A stretch of 64,000 nucleotides of DNA, from positions 9,737 through 73,736 of the forward strand of contig SXPJ01000083.1 of NCBI GenBank assembly GCA_005776395.1. The letters run 5' to 3'. The notes beneath the pieces were generated by a model. That model saw only the letters and a list, made by a program, of their open reading frames with translations. It had not been told where the DNA came from and ran no database searches. This DNA is from Bdellovibrionales bacterium. GTDB taxonomy: Bacteria > Bdellovibrionota > FAC87 > UBA2466. Position numbers and translations under genes: made by a program. Of this stretch, positions 9,447 through 19,821 are shown one piece after another (positions within the stretch are counted from its first letter, which is position 1; every line of letters begins with the position of its first letter).

Positions 9447-10304
9447 TTAATTTAGGATGCTCATATCATTGTTAATTTGTCTTGGCAAATGGCTAGATTG
9501 AAACCTGTTTATTCCCTGCCCACCACCGCTCAATTCAGCCCTTTCGAAACTTCTAGAGTATTCCATCTCTCTCGGCTTTGTCGGTTTATGTGTTTGAACT
9601 GCGCTTTCAGAGCTCAATAATTTCACATAATTACGGTATCCTTGGGTTTTCCAGTCAGTTTGTTCATTTATCAATTGTTCAACCGTAAAACTATCATCCA
9701 AAGAAAACCCTCCACAACTAAGCCTTCGTAACTCCACTAGATGCCCCACCGTTTCGAGTTTTCTAGCTATTTCATCGGCCAAACTCCGAATGTAGGTCCC
9801 TTTGGAACAATGGACTTCGAACTTCAAAAATTGATTATCCAAAGACAAAAGTTTGAGTTCATATAACTGAACCGGAATGGATTCTCTAGGAATTGAGATG
9901 TTCTTTCGGGCTAGTTCATAGAGTCTAACCCCTTGAACCTTTTTCGCGCTAAACATCGGCGGAATTTGATGCCACTCTCCCTGAAAAGATTTAAGAACCG
10001 CCTCTACCTGCGCCTGGGTTAATGTGGGCACGGCAAGCGTTTCAACCACCTTTCCAGTACAATCCATGGAATCGGTAGATTCCCCCAACTTAATAACAGC
10101 TTGATAGCGCTTATCTGCATTAATAAGAGCGTTAGATAATTTAGTTGCTCGACCCGTCAAAAGGACCAAGACTCCAGTCGCAAAAGGATCCAATGTTCCC
10201 GCATGTCCGACCTTTTTGATTTTAACGAAATTTCTAACCTTTCGAACCACATCAAAACTTGAGGGTCCTACGGATTTATCGATAATTAAAACTGCTTCAT
10301 CCAT
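9447..10304 (-). CDS. truB: tRNA pseudouridine(55) synthase
   Basis: KVGHAGTLDPFATGVL, PPMFSA, CSKGTYIRSL; atypical C-terminus. Confidence 0.93.
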   Translation of the reverse strand: MDEAVLIIDKSVGPSSFDVVRKVRNFVKIKKVGHAGTLDPFATGVLVLLTGRATKLSNALINADKRYQAVIKLGESTDSMDCTGKVVETLAVPTLTQAQVEAVLKSFQGEWHQIPPMFSAKKVQGVRLYELARKNISIPRESIPVQLYELKLLSLDNQFLKFEVHCSKGTYIRSLADEIARKLETVGHLVELRRLSCGGFSLDDSFTVEQLINEQTDWKTQGYRNYVKLLSSESAVQTHKPTKPREMEYSRSFERAELSGGGQGINRFQSSHLPRQINNDMSILN

Positions 10305-10331
10305 AAAAAATATTTTAGTTCCTGTTTATTC

Positions 10332-10700
10332 TCACTCTTCAGCTGACGGCTTAGCTCGCCCCTCAGTTTCAATAAGATGCAAAAGACGATTTAACTCTTC
10401 GTTATGATTATCCCTCTCAAAGCGTAACTCCGGAACACTTCTCAATTCTAGATTTTCTCCAACCATTTTCCTTAAATAGGGAGAGGCTTTTTTAAAGCCC
10501 TGAAGAGCTTCTTTTTCCTGCCATCCCGCCTCTACTTCATTTTTCGTGAAATACACACGAGCCACTTTAAGATCAGAGGACATTTGAACTTCCGTTACTA
10601 CGATATTCTGAAGCCTAGGATCAGAGACCTGCTTCAACAACAGGCGGGCCAAAGTCTCTTGTATTAAAGAGCCCATCTGCTTAGTTCTTCGAGAACTCAT
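10332..10700 (-). CDS. rbfA: Ribosome-binding factor A
   Basis: DPRL...VTEV.MS.DL..ARVY, LR.VPEL.F; lies between infB and truB. Confidence 0.93.
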   Translation of the reverse strand: MSSRRTKQMGSLIQETLARLLLKQVSDPRLQNIVVTEVQMSSDLKVARVYFTKNEVEAGWQEKEALQGFKKASPYLRKMVGENLELRSVPELRFERDNHNEELNRLLHLIETEGRAKPSAEE

Positions 10701-10722
10701 ACAACTACCACCCTACTAAATC

Positions 10723-13392
10723 TCAAAGAGAACTTTTTACTTCCTCTTTTAAGAAAGCCTCGAATTGATCTCCAAGTTTCAGATCATTAAAGTTCTCAAG
10801 CCCAATACCGCATTCGAATCCAGTCGCAACCTCTTTAACATCTTCTTTAAACCGCTTAAGGCTCGACAGCTTCCCTTCATAAACCACGCGATTATCTCTA
10901 AGAAGTCGCAAGTAGCATCCACGAGTTACCTTACCATCAATAACTGCACTACCGGCAATGGCTCCAATTTTCGGAATATTAAAGACGCTGCGGATCTCAG
11001 CTCTTCCGATAACACGTTCCTTAATCTCGGCAGACAGAAGACCTTCGGCCAATCTTTTAATATCCTCAAGAAGATCATAAATAATACTGTAGGTCTTAAT
11101 CTGAACGCCTTCTTGTTCAGCCATTCGCTGCGCTTTAATATCAGGTCGAATATTGAATCCTAAAATAACAGCTTCACTAGCTGCAGCCAGCATCACGTCA
11201 CTCTCGTTAATTCCACCGGTTCCTGTGTGAAGAATTTTTAACTTTACTTTCTCTGAAGTAAATTTATTTAAAGATTCTTTAAGGGCTTCGGTTGAGCCCG
11301 CAACATCTGCTTTAAGAATAATTCGCAGCTCCTTATCGGGACCTGCTGAAGCGTTCATCATATCTTCAAGAGTTAGTTTTGGCTTATTTTCTATAGCTTG
11401 TTGTTTAGCTTTTAGCATTCTAGCCTCAACAAGTTCTTTCGCTGATTTCTCATCCGTCATGACAAAAAACTCATCGCCGACAGCAGGAACGGCGGGTAAG
11501 CCAAGAATCTCAACTGGTTCACTAGGCAACGCCTCGGTAACTCTGGCCCCTTCAGGGTTTGTCATTGCACGAATTTTGCCGTAACACGTTCCAGAGACTA
11601 AATGGGTCCCCGTAACTAATTTTCCATGTTGAACTAAAACTGAAGCAATGGCTCCCCGGTTTTTATCCAAACGGGATTCAATCACGACACCTCGAGCTGG
11701 GGTATCATAATTAGCTTTAAGCTCCATCATTTCTGCCTGGAGAAGGATGTTATCTAAGAGTATATCAAGCCCTTTTCCTATCTTAGCAGAGACAGGAACA
11801 TAGATTGTATCCCCACCCCATTCCTCAGGGGACAATCCATGGCCAGCTAGTGTTTGTTTAATACGATCAGGGTTTCCATCGGGAAGATCTATCTTATTCA
11901 CCGCAACGATGATGGGAACATTCGCAGCTTTAGCGTGATTGATAGATTCTAACGTCTGAGGCATTACCCCATCTACAGCTGAAACCACTAAAATTACGAT
12001 GTCAGTGACCTTGGCCCCTCGAGCTCTCATCGCAGTAAAGGCTTCATGGCCAGGAGTGTCCACAAAGGTAATTTTTCCCTTAGAGAGATTTACAGTATAG
12101 GCACCCACATGTTGTGTAATTCCACCTGCTTCGCCAGCAGCCACCTTAGTTTTCCTTATGGCATCAAGAAGCGAGGTTTTACCATGGTCAACATGCCCCA
12201 TAATAGTCACCACAGGACCTCGAGATCTCATCTGGCCTTCTTCAACGGCTACCTGAGGAATAAACTCTTCCTCTTTGAATACATTTTGCTTAACTTCGAA
12301 ACCTAGTTCTTGTGCTAAAAGCGAAGCGATATCATGATCGATATTTTCATTAATTGAAGCTGTCACACCCATACCCATCAATTTGGCAATGATGGCACCG
12401 GCTTTTTGGCTTACCTGTTTTGAAAACTCGCCTACAGCAATAGTGGCCCCCATCTCGACAACTCTTTTATGTTCGCTTGGAGTTGTAATTTGAGTTTTCA
12501 TCGCAGGACGACTCACCGTTCCTTTCTTTCTCCTGGTTGAGTGAACCAATTCTCTTTTTAAGAAATCAGCACTCTTAAAAACGGTATTTTGTCGCTCAAG
12601 TAGACGGCGTTTTCCTTGCTCCTTAGCCACTTCTTGTGCTGCTACCGCAAAGTCCACTTCTTTAACACGTTTCGATAGAATTCCAGTAGAAGCAGGCCCC
12701 TGGGGCGTTACAGCAGGCTTTGCACCGGGAAGAGTTTTAACTGCAGGTGCTGGCTTTGAATCTCTTTTAATCTTCTCAATTTTGGGCCCCACCTTAGCTC
12801 CCAAATACTCCTCAGTCGCAACCTTTTTAATAATGGAGGGAAAGAACCTTTTAGGTCTAGGAGCAACCACTTCGACTACAGGTTTTGCCGCGATTACAAT
12901 TTTTTCCTCTTCCGGTTTAGCCACTTCAACAATTGCTACCTCTACCGTACTTTCCTGAATTTGAATGAGCTCTTCCTGAATATCTTTTTCCACTTCGACA
13001 GTTTCAGTAGCAGTGATTTCAACCTCTGGAGATTCCTCTATTGGAACCATTATCTCCGAAACTTCTGCTATCGACTCGACAACTACAGGAGCACTGGGTT
13101 CTGCCTCAACCACAGGAGATTCTTCAACAGCCTTAGCTGAACGACGACGAATCACCGTGGTCCCAACTCGTTTCTCTGTCACTGCTGGTTTAGCAGGAAC
13201 TGCCGAAACTGAGGTTTTGGTGAGCCCCTTATTTTTTCGATGATGCTCGCGAATCGTTCGAACCTCTTCAGTACCGAGAATACTCATCGTGTTTTTGACG
13301 TCAATACCTAGCCTTTGGGCAAGATCTACTAAATGCTGTCCATCCATGCTGAGTTCTTTTGAGAGTTCATATACTTTTAATTTAGTACTCAT
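10723..13392 (-). CDS. infB: Translation initiation factor IF-2
   Basis: [25 protein letters not shown]; C-terminal [17 protein letters not shown]. Confidence 0.98.
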   Translation of the reverse strand: MSTKLKVYELSKELSMDGQHLVDLAQRLGIDVKNTMSILGTEEVRTIREHHRKNKGLTKTSVSAVPAKPAVTEKRVGTTVIRRRSAKAVEESPVVEAEPSAPVVVESIAEVSEIMVPIEESPEVEITATETVEVEKDIQEELIQIQESTVEVAIVEVAKPEEEKIVIAAKPVVEVVAPRPKRFFPSIIKKVATEEYLGAKVGPKIEKIKRDSKPAPAVKTLPGAKPAVTPQGPASTGILSKRVKEVDFAVAAQEVAKEQGKRRLLERQNTVFKSADFLKRELVHSTRRKKGTVSRPAMKTQITTPSEHKRVVEMGATIAVGEFSKQVSQKAGAIIAKLMGMGVTASINENIDHDIASLLAQELGFEVKQNVFKEEEFIPQVAVEEGQMRSRGPVVTIMGHVDHGKTSLLDAIRKTKVAAGEAGGITQHVGAYTVNLSKGKITFVDTPGHEAFTAMRARGAKVTDIVILVVSAVDGVMPQTLESINHAKAANVPIIVAVNKIDLPDGNPDRIKQTLAGHGLSPEEWGGDTIYVPVSAKIGKGLDILLDNILLQAEMMELKANYDTPARGVVIESRLDKNRGAIASVLVQHGKLVTGTHLVSGTCYGKIRAMTNPEGARVTEALPSEPVEILGLPAVPAVGDEFFVMTDEKSAKELVEARMLKAKQQAIENKPKLTLEDMMNASAGPDKELRIILKADVAGSTEALKESLNKFTSEKVKLKILHTGTGGINESDVMLAAASEAVILGFNIRPDIKAQRMAEQEGVQIKTYSIIYDLLEDIKRLAEGLLSAEIKERVIGRAEIRSVFNIPKIGAIAGSAVIDGKVTRGCYLRLLRDNRVVYEGKLSSLKRFKEDVKEVATGFECGIGLENFNDLKLGDQFEAFLKEEVKSSL

Positions 13393-13406
13393 TCGTCCTT
13401 TATTTT

Positions 13407-14825
13407 TTAGGATTTATTTACATCCTCACCAGAAGCTTCCATGTTCGCATTAGCTTCAGTTTTTTCTTTTTCCTGAAGAGCTTTCATTTCAGCTTTTAAT
13501 TGTTCATCTAAATTATTTTTACTTCGTTTTCCGCCGCTCATTTGAGTCGCTTTTGCAGCTTCAAACTGTTTCGCTTTAGCTTCGCTATACTTACCTGAAG
13601 CAATTAATTCTTTGGCTTTTCCTTGTACATCCTTAGCTTTTTCCTCATTAAATCCGGGAACCGTTGCAATGACTGCAACATCATTATTAGCCAACTGCTC
13701 AATGGTAAAACCATACTGATACAAGCTCTGAGCTAAAGTGTCGTTAACACCTTCAATAATTTTGAGAAGATCTTTAGCATCATCTTGTCGTTGAGCCATT
13801 TTAGTTTCAGATACGATATCCAACTTCCAGCCGGTTAACATTGAGGCCAGCTTCACGTTTTGACCCCGTTTTCCAATAGCTAAAGACAACTGACTGTCCT
13901 CCACCACGATATCCATTGAGTGATTATCCTCATCCACTCTTACTTTGATGACTTCAGCAGGGGATAATGCATTACACACAAATCGCGTTTCGTCCTCTTC
14001 CCACGGAACAATATCAATCTTTTCACCACGTAGTTCTTGAACTACATTTTGAACTCTTGAACCTTTAACTCCAACGCAGGCTCCTACGGGATCAACATCA
14101 GAGTCCGTCGAAGTAACCGCAATTTTAGCTCTCATACCAGGCTCTCGTGCGGCGCTCTTAATCTGTACGATTCCTTCACTTACTTCTGGAACCTCTTGCT
14201 TAAACAACTGAATCAACAACTCCGGGCAGGTCCTGGAAAGAACAATTTTAGGACCTCTAGGTGTTTGTTGAACATCAATTAAGTACCCAGTAACCCGATC
14301 ATGAGTTCTGAAAGTTTCACCAGGAATCTGTTCCCTAGTGGGCAGAATAGCATCGGTTCTTCCAAGATTTACCACGACACAGCCCTTTTCAACTCGTCGG
14401 CACTCACCGTTTACAACTTCACCCTTACGAATATTAAATTCGTTATAAATAATATCTCGCTCAGCATCTCTTACTTTTTGAATAATAACCTGTTTTGCGG
14501 TCTGAGCTGCAATTCTACCAAACTGATTAGTGTCCAGTTTAACCCCAATACTATCCCCTGCGGTTACATCAGGATCGAGTTCCTTAGCATTTTCAAAAGA
14601 GATTTCGGTGGCTTCGTCATCAACCTCTTCCACCACGGTTTTAAACTGGAAAAGCTCAATCTCCCCTAAGTCTTCATTAAAATGGGCTTCAATCTCTTTA
14701 TCAATGCCGTACTTTTTCTTCGCGGCCATTACTAAGGCGGATTCTAACGCTTCAATCAAAATCGCTTTATCGATACTTTTATCTTTTTCAACCTGTTCAA
14801 TAACTCTAGCTAACTCTGATGCCAT
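13407..14825 (-). CDS. nusA: Transcription termination/antitermination factor NusA
   Basis: FGRIAAQTAKQVI, AREPG.RAKIAV, VGACVG.KGSR, AIGKRGQNVKLA. Confidence 0.97.
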   Translation of the reverse strand: MASELARVIEQVEKDKSIDKAILIEALESALVMAAKKKYGIDKEIEAHFNEDLGEIELFQFKTVVEEVDDEATEISFENAKELDPDVTAGDSIGVKLDTNQFGRIAAQTAKQVIIQKVRDAERDIIYNEFNIRKGEVVNGECRRVEKGCVVVNLGRTDAILPTREQIPGETFRTHDRVTGYLIDVQQTPRGPKIVLSRTCPELLIQLFKQEVPEVSEGIVQIKSAAREPGMRAKIAVTSTDSDVDPVGACVGVKGSRVQNVVQELRGEKIDIVPWEEDETRFVCNALSPAEVIKVRVDEDNHSMDIVVEDSQLSLAIGKRGQNVKLASMLTGWKLDIVSETKMAQRQDDAKDLLKIIEGVNDTLAQSLYQYGFTIEQLANNDVAVIATVPGFNEEKAKDVQGKAKELIASGKYSEAKAKQFEAAKATQMSGGKRSKNNLDEQLKAEMKALQEKEKTEANANMEASGEDVNKS

Positions 14826-14837
14826 AACTACTTCCTT

Positions 14838-15344
14838 TTATTTACTTCCTTTGATTTCAAAATCCCAAACTTTGTTAGCTCGTTTGATGTTTTGAAAAGG
14901 AATTTCAAATTCTTTCCTGTTCTTGGTTCCTTGAGCAATGTTTAGTTGGTTATTTTCAACTTTAACCAACAAACCTTTCACATTAGCTCCAATACCAGGC
15001 ACACTCTCGTACAAATTGAGAGAGATCTCTTTTCCGACCTCTTTTTCAAAATCGGTAGACAGTCTCAATCTTCGATCTAATCCGGGAGAAGAGACTTCCA
15101 GATTATATGAGCCCTGAGTGAAGTTAGAAGCTTCGATCAGAGGATCCAGCTTTCGACTTAACTCCGCGACCTCTTCGAGAGAAGGCCCGTTTTCTGTGCC
15201 AGATTTATCAATAAATATACGTATCAACGAACTTGAAGCGACTCGAGCATCTACGTCTAAGACTCTAAAAGCAGTTTCTTTAAGAAATTCTTCGCACAAT
15301 GCAAGAATCTTAAATTCTACTTCCGATTTTCTTATCGACTCCAT
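14838..15344 (-). CDS. rimP: Ribosome maturation factor RimP
   Basis: RIFIDK, YNLEVSSPGLDR.L; first gene of the nusA operon. Confidence 0.93.
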   Translation of the reverse strand: MESIRKSEVEFKILALCEEFLKETAFRVLDVDARVASSSLIRIFIDKSGTENGPSLEEVAELSRKLDPLIEASNFTQGSYNLEVSSPGLDRRLRLSTDFEKEVGKEISLNLYESVPGIGANVKGLLVKVENNQLNIAQGTKNRKEFEIPFQNIKRANKVWDFEIKGSK

Positions 15345-15369
15345 TCTGTTAACACTCCCTAGTTACTAA

Positions 15370-15397
15370 TAAACAAAAAGCGGGCACTGCCCGCTTT
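15370..15397 (-). terminator. rimP-leader-like intrinsic terminator/attenuator hairpin
   Basis: Minus strand AAAGCGGGCAGTGCCCGCTTTTTGTTT about 30 nt upstream of the rimP start, where rimP leader hairpins normally sit. Confidence 0.75.
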
Positions 15398-15520
15398 CAC
15401 AACTAATACACAGAAGATGGGGATGTTTTAGCAGGTCTTTTGGATTAACACAAGATAAGAGGTGACTTTTTTACGGGGGAGTATTTTAAGTTTGTGAATC
15501 ATTCCAAATAGTTTGGATTC

Positions 15521-18241
15521 TTACTGAAATTCCTGTCTAATAAAATCGGATGTCTCTTCATCTTCAGCTGGCTTATGAGTAGGCTCACTACGATTTAAAG
15601 GCTCGGTAGAAGGGTTTAAACCCTGACTCATTCCAGTCGCAGTCCCTCTAACCCCAGGCTCACCCACCCTTAGAATATTATCGCCATTGGAATTGGGAAC
15701 CGTTCCCACTTTAAAAGCCACCCTAACTCGATTCGAAGTTCCAGGACCGGCGAGCCTCCCCGTACTGCGGTCTATATACGCAAATACGACATCGTCAGGG
15801 ATCGGAAAATCAATATTAGGAGCCTGCTGAGTCGCTACTCGCATATAATCGGCCCAAATTGGAGCGGCTGCCTTCCCGCCTGTCTCCCCAATATCCAGGG
15901 TTTTGTCCTTCAAATATCCAATCCAAACACCACTCATTAAAGTGGGAGTGTACCCGATAAACCAGGCATCTCGATGATCATTTGAAGTTCCAGTTTTTCC
16001 CGCAATCTGACGGGAAACAACTCCCGCGGCATGACCGGTGCCTTGAGGATCACGAATAACCCCCTTAAGAACATCGGTCATGACATAAGCTGTTTGAGAT
16101 GAAATCACATGGCCAGGGGGCAATGTGGGAATATTTTCTTCTATCGGTGTTTTCTCTGAACTAGTTTTCACATCCCCAAAAACTCCCCCCGCCTCTAAAG
16201 ATTTATACGATTCAACAGATTCCACTTCAGAAACATCAGAAAAAGCCTCAATAACCTTTCCTTCGCTGTCTTCTACTCGCTTAATGTATCGCAAAGCTAA
16301 TGGCTTACCCAGTCTGGGAAAGATCGCATAAGCTCTCATCAGCTCTTCAAGACTACTAGACCAAGAGCCTAAACCAATGGTGAGATCTCTAGGAAGCTGC
16401 GAAGCGATTCCTAAGGTCCTTGCATATTGAATGGCGTAATCCACACCAATCTCATTCAGCAGTTTAACAGTCGGAATATTCATCGATCGAATAATGGCTG
16501 TTCTTAAAAGAATATCCCCCTCAAACTTATTTCCGTAATTGTGAGGCTTCCATTCCTCTTCTGTTGCCCCCACAGTCTGAGCCTCTGTTTTACCCTCAGT
16601 TTTAAATACAATCGGAGAGTCGGTCACCATCGAAGCAGGCGAGAATCCCTTGTCGAATGCAGCTGCATAGAGCAGCGGTTTGAAAGTAGAACCTACTTGT
16701 CTCTTGGCTTGCAGGGCGCAATTAAACTTACTCTTGGTAAAATCAGTTCCTCCTACCATAGCTCTCACAAAGCCGTTCTGAACCTCATAGGACAATAAAG
16801 CCCCTTGAACTTCTGGTTCTTGCTCAAGCGTAACGGAAGCGTACTCAGTCTTTTTATCGATTTTATCAACTCTTACATAGATAATGTCCCCCTGCTTGAT
16901 GATCTGAGACAAATGTTTTAAAGGCTGCCCTTCCAACTTTACCCAACTGACTGAAGTTATAGGAAGAACAAGTGCAGTTTGACCTACACGAACAAAGGCC
17001 ACATTTTTGTCATCTCGAACCTCGCTTACAATCGCTTTATAAAGTTGGCCTTCAGAGACAGGAGTAAACCCGAAATAACGACTATTTTTTTCATAATAAG
17101 ATCTCAAGTCGTACTCTAAACCTTTAGCACCACTCTCAGCCTCGGGATAAAGCAATCTGACCGGGTTTAAATTCTCAACTACAGTCTTATGAGTATTGCG
17201 AATAAAGCCTTCTTGCATCGCAGGATCTTCAAGATGCTCTACAATTCCACGCCATCCAAGACGCTTATCAACTTCTCTAACACCTCGGTCAACTGACTTC
17301 TCAGCCGATTTTTGAAAGTCATATTTAACTGTAGTGTAGACACGATACCCCTGACTCAATATTTGTTCAGAACCATACTTAGCCATTAAGTACTGTCGAA
17401 CATATTCCGTAAAGTAAGGAGCCGCAGTATTGTTAAGCTCCTCTAGATTTCTCAGTTTAAGAATTTCTGAATAGGCTATCTGCTTCTGTTCAATAGAGAT
17501 AAATTTTTCCTCAACCATTCGCTTTAAAACATAGGCTTGACGGCGTTTAGCCAAATGAGGATTTTTAATTGGATTCCATTCATTAGGCCTTTGGGGAAGA
17601 CCTGCTAGCATTGAGGCTTCACCTAATGTTAACTGCTCAACCTTTTTTCCAAAGTAATTTCGAGCCGCGGAGGCCACACCGTAAGAGCCATGTCCCAAAA
17701 ATATTTCATTCAAATAGAGATTTAAGATCTCATTCTTAGAAAGGCTCTTTTCCATCCGCCATGCCAAAACGATCTCTCTAATTTTCCGAGTAATCTCTTT
17801 CTTTTTTGTAGATAATAATAGGGCTCGAGCGACCTGCTGAGTAATAGTACTTCCCCCTTGAGCAAACCTTCCTCTGGCGACATTTGAAAAAACCGCCCGA
17901 CCAATGCCATTAAAATCAACTCCATGATGCTCATAAAACTTCGCATCCTCAGCGGCCAAAAAAGCCTGGATGACATATTTGGGAAGACTCTCAAATAAAA
18001 AAGGATAGCGCCGCTCTGTCGTAAACTCGCCAATTTTCCGACCTTCATCGGAATAAACCTCTGTGGCTTTCACATGTTGAAAACCTTTAAGTTTATTCAC
18101 GTCAGGGAGTGTGTTTGTTAAATAAGATAAAATCCCCAATCCAAAAACTACCATCAAAATAAAAACTCCAAGAAACGATAGCGATACCGTTCTAAAAACG
18201 CGCTGCAATTTTGTTTTGATTTCATCAGGATTAATTTTCAT
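15521..18241 (-). CDS. mrcA: Class A penicillin-binding protein 1A (transglycosylase/transpeptidase)
   Basis: TM anchor, EDxxFYEHHG, QGGSTITQQ, RK.RE, OB insert, STFK (SxxK), SMN, KTG. Confidence 0.95.
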   Translation of the reverse strand: MKINPDEIKTKLQRVFRTVSLSFLGVFILMVVFGLGILSYLTNTLPDVNKLKGFQHVKATEVYSDEGRKIGEFTTERRYPFLFESLPKYVIQAFLAAEDAKFYEHHGVDFNGIGRAVFSNVARGRFAQGGSTITQQVARALLLSTKKKEITRKIREIVLAWRMEKSLSKNEILNLYLNEIFLGHGSYGVASAARNYFGKKVEQLTLGEASMLAGLPQRPNEWNPIKNPHLAKRRQAYVLKRMVEEKFISIEQKQIAYSEILKLRNLEELNNTAAPYFTEYVRQYLMAKYGSEQILSQGYRVYTTVKYDFQKSAEKSVDRGVREVDKRLGWRGIVEHLEDPAMQEGFIRNTHKTVVENLNPVRLLYPEAESGAKGLEYDLRSYYEKNSRYFGFTPVSEGQLYKAIVSEVRDDKNVAFVRVGQTALVLPITSVSWVKLEGQPLKHLSQIIKQGDIIYVRVDKIDKKTEYASVTLEQEPEVQGALLSYEVQNGFVRAMVGGTDFTKSKFNCALQAKRQVGSTFKPLLYAAAFDKGFSPASMVTDSPIVFKTEGKTEAQTVGATEEEWKPHNYGNKFEGDILLRTAIIRSMNIPTVKLLNEIGVDYAIQYARTLGIASQLPRDLTIGLGSWSSSLEELMRAYAIFPRLGKPLALRYIKRVEDSEGKVIEAFSDVSEVESVESYKSLEAGGVFGDVKTSSEKTPIEENIPTLPPGHVISSQTAYVMTDVLKGVIRDPQGTGHAAGVVSRQIAGKTGTSNDHRDAWFIGYTPTLMSGVWIGYLKDKTLDIGETGGKAAAPIWADYMRVATQQAPNIDFPIPDDVVFAYIDRSTGRLAGPGTSNRVRVAFKVGTVPNSNGDNILRVGEPGVRGTATGMSQGLNPSTEPLNRSEPTHKPAEDEETSDFIRQEFQ

Positions 18242-18381
18242 AACGCCAATCTATTCTTACTGAGATCTTATCTTAAGGTCCCTATCATACCAGACTTTTC
18301 TCTAAAGTTCTGTTCATCAAGCGCTAAAAATCAGACTAAGAAGCTTGACCGATTTAGGTAAGAAGTTATCATATTAAAACC

Positions 18382-18570
18382 ATGACAAACAAAACAGCCC
18401 CATCAAACAAACCGACACAACTCAGCGTAACAATCAAGGAACACATCGTTCAGGATTTAAAAGAGATGGAAAAAAACACAAAAATACCACTCGACGAACT
18501 GGTTACTAAGGCACTGCAATTTTTTATCGCCACTCACAACGACTATTTGGGGCGAAATCGATTGATGTAG
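18382..18570 (+). CDS. Small ribbon-helix-helix-like protein
   Basis: QLSVTI beta-strand followed by two amphipathic helices; upstream TTGACC-16-TATCAT promoter. Confidence 0.6.
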   Translation: MTNKTAPSNKPTQLSVTIKEHIVQDLKEMEKNTKIPLDELVTKALQFFIATHNDYLGRNRLM

Positions 18571-18831
18571 GAACGAGTTTAACAGAAAATTTTTTTGATA
18601 ATCCACGATAGTATTATGCATCCTTGTTCTCGCTTGCCTCACTAAATAGGCATTACGCCCTACCCAATTTGCCGAATTTCACGCAAGGAATTGACACGAT
18701 ACGTTAGTTCGCATATTGATAAAACACTCTTCTTCGTGAAGAAGGGGACTGGCAATTGATAGTGAATGTCGACTCGTCAAAATAAGATTTTTATCGGGAG
18801 TGTTCACGAAAAAACAAAGGAGACTATAGTC

Positions 18832-19278
18832 ATGAAACAATTATTATTAGTTCTTATCTCGATCGGTTCTCTGTCTGCAATGGCAACGAACAAACTTGGT
18901 TCGAAATGCGGCTTAACCAATTTTAAAGAAGATGGAAAATGGAAACTGCTAAATAGGATTGACTTGGGAACGGCAAAAGACTCCAAAATTCAAGAGCTCC
19001 CCACATTGATCAAACAGCAGATTATTATCGCCGCAAAGAAAATTGCTAATAAGAGAGAAGAAGAAGGTTTAGATATAAAGAATACTCTAGATGCGGTAAA
19101 TAACCTGCGAAACAACAGCGAAGGGGAAGACCTTTCAATAGATTATTACAAAGTAAAAGAACTGAAAATCACTGAGGTTGTTCACTATCCTGGTGGAAAC
19201 CCAGTGGGGGTGTTCTTCATTCAGGGAACAACGCATATTCAAGCTTACGACGAGGACAGCACCATAATTTGCAAGTAG
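18832..19278 (+). CDS. Secreted hypothetical protein
   Basis: Start moved to ATG 18832 (AAGGAG SD; signal peptide MKQLLLVLISIGSLSAMA); one Cys near each end. Confidence 0.7.
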   Translation: MKQLLLVLISIGSLSAMATNKLGSKCGLTNFKEDGKWKLLNRIDLGTAKDSKIQELPTLIKQQIIIAAKKIANKREEEGLDIKNTLDAVNNLRNNSEGEDLSIDYYKVKELKITEVVHYPGGNPVGVFFIQGTTHIQAYDEDSTIICK

Positions 19279-19291
19279 AATCTTATCTTTC

Positions 19292-19330
19292 TCTCCAGGG
19301 CTCAGAATATTTCGTGCCCTGGAGAATTTC
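19292..19330 (+). terminator. Stem-loop terminator
   Basis: tctccagggc...gccctggaga inverted repeat just after the stop at 19278. Confidence 0.6.
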
Positions 19331-19563
19331 TATCTAGTATTTCAGACTTAAAATCATGCAAACTCGGAGATAATTAAAATTACTTTTTATTCCAAAAGCT
19401 CAGAAAACTTCGAGTGAATGCTCATCTTTAAAACAGTAAGCACAGTTTAGTTACCATACCTAACATCCTAATATTGTTCTATTTTCTTAGTAAGCTCTTC
19501 TCAATATCAAAATTTAAGACACCCACCATCAGTATGCTATTGAAACTACAAAGCTATTTTAAA

Positions 19564-19579
19564 TGGCACTCGAGTTGCT
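19564..19579 (+). promoter_or_regulatory. Sigma-54 (-24/-12) promoter
   Basis: TGGCAC-TCGAG-TTGCT matches the TGGCAC-N5-TTGCW consensus; intergenic. Confidence 0.75.
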
Positions 19580-19589
19580 TTACTAGACA

Positions 19590-19790
19590 CTGCGACGAGA
19601 TAAACCGATACAAAAAAGTAATGTAACTAGATGTGGAAGCGAAGAGTTCAATTAAGCTTTTGAGAGGATTTTGAAGTGAAAATTTTTAAAGGTTTGCCTC
19701 GTCCCTACCCCCCAATGCTCTTGAAAAAGAGCTTAGAATGTAGCTTGGCAGAAGGTGTCTTCTAGATAGCTTCTACCAAGCTATAATCTA
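19590..19790 (+). ncRNA. Candidate sigma-54-dependent small RNA (or 29-aa sORF 19676-19765)
   Basis: Downstream of the sigma-54 promoter; C-rich stretch, GAAA-capped hairpin at 19717-19732, long hairpin at 19741-19783; no long ORF. Confidence 0.4.
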
Positions 19791-19821
19791 AATTCAAGTT
19801 TTGATCCCATGACAGATTAAA

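Noticed and set aside
16830-17270. Large insertion in PBP1A
   Set aside because: Matches the known OB-fold insert of PBP1A proteins
18741-18760. GGGACTGGC resembling a SAM-I or yybP-ykoY riboswitch core
   Set aside because: Other conserved elements (ATC..GAG, GCAACC, GTGC; or GAGTAGC, GAGACC) are absent
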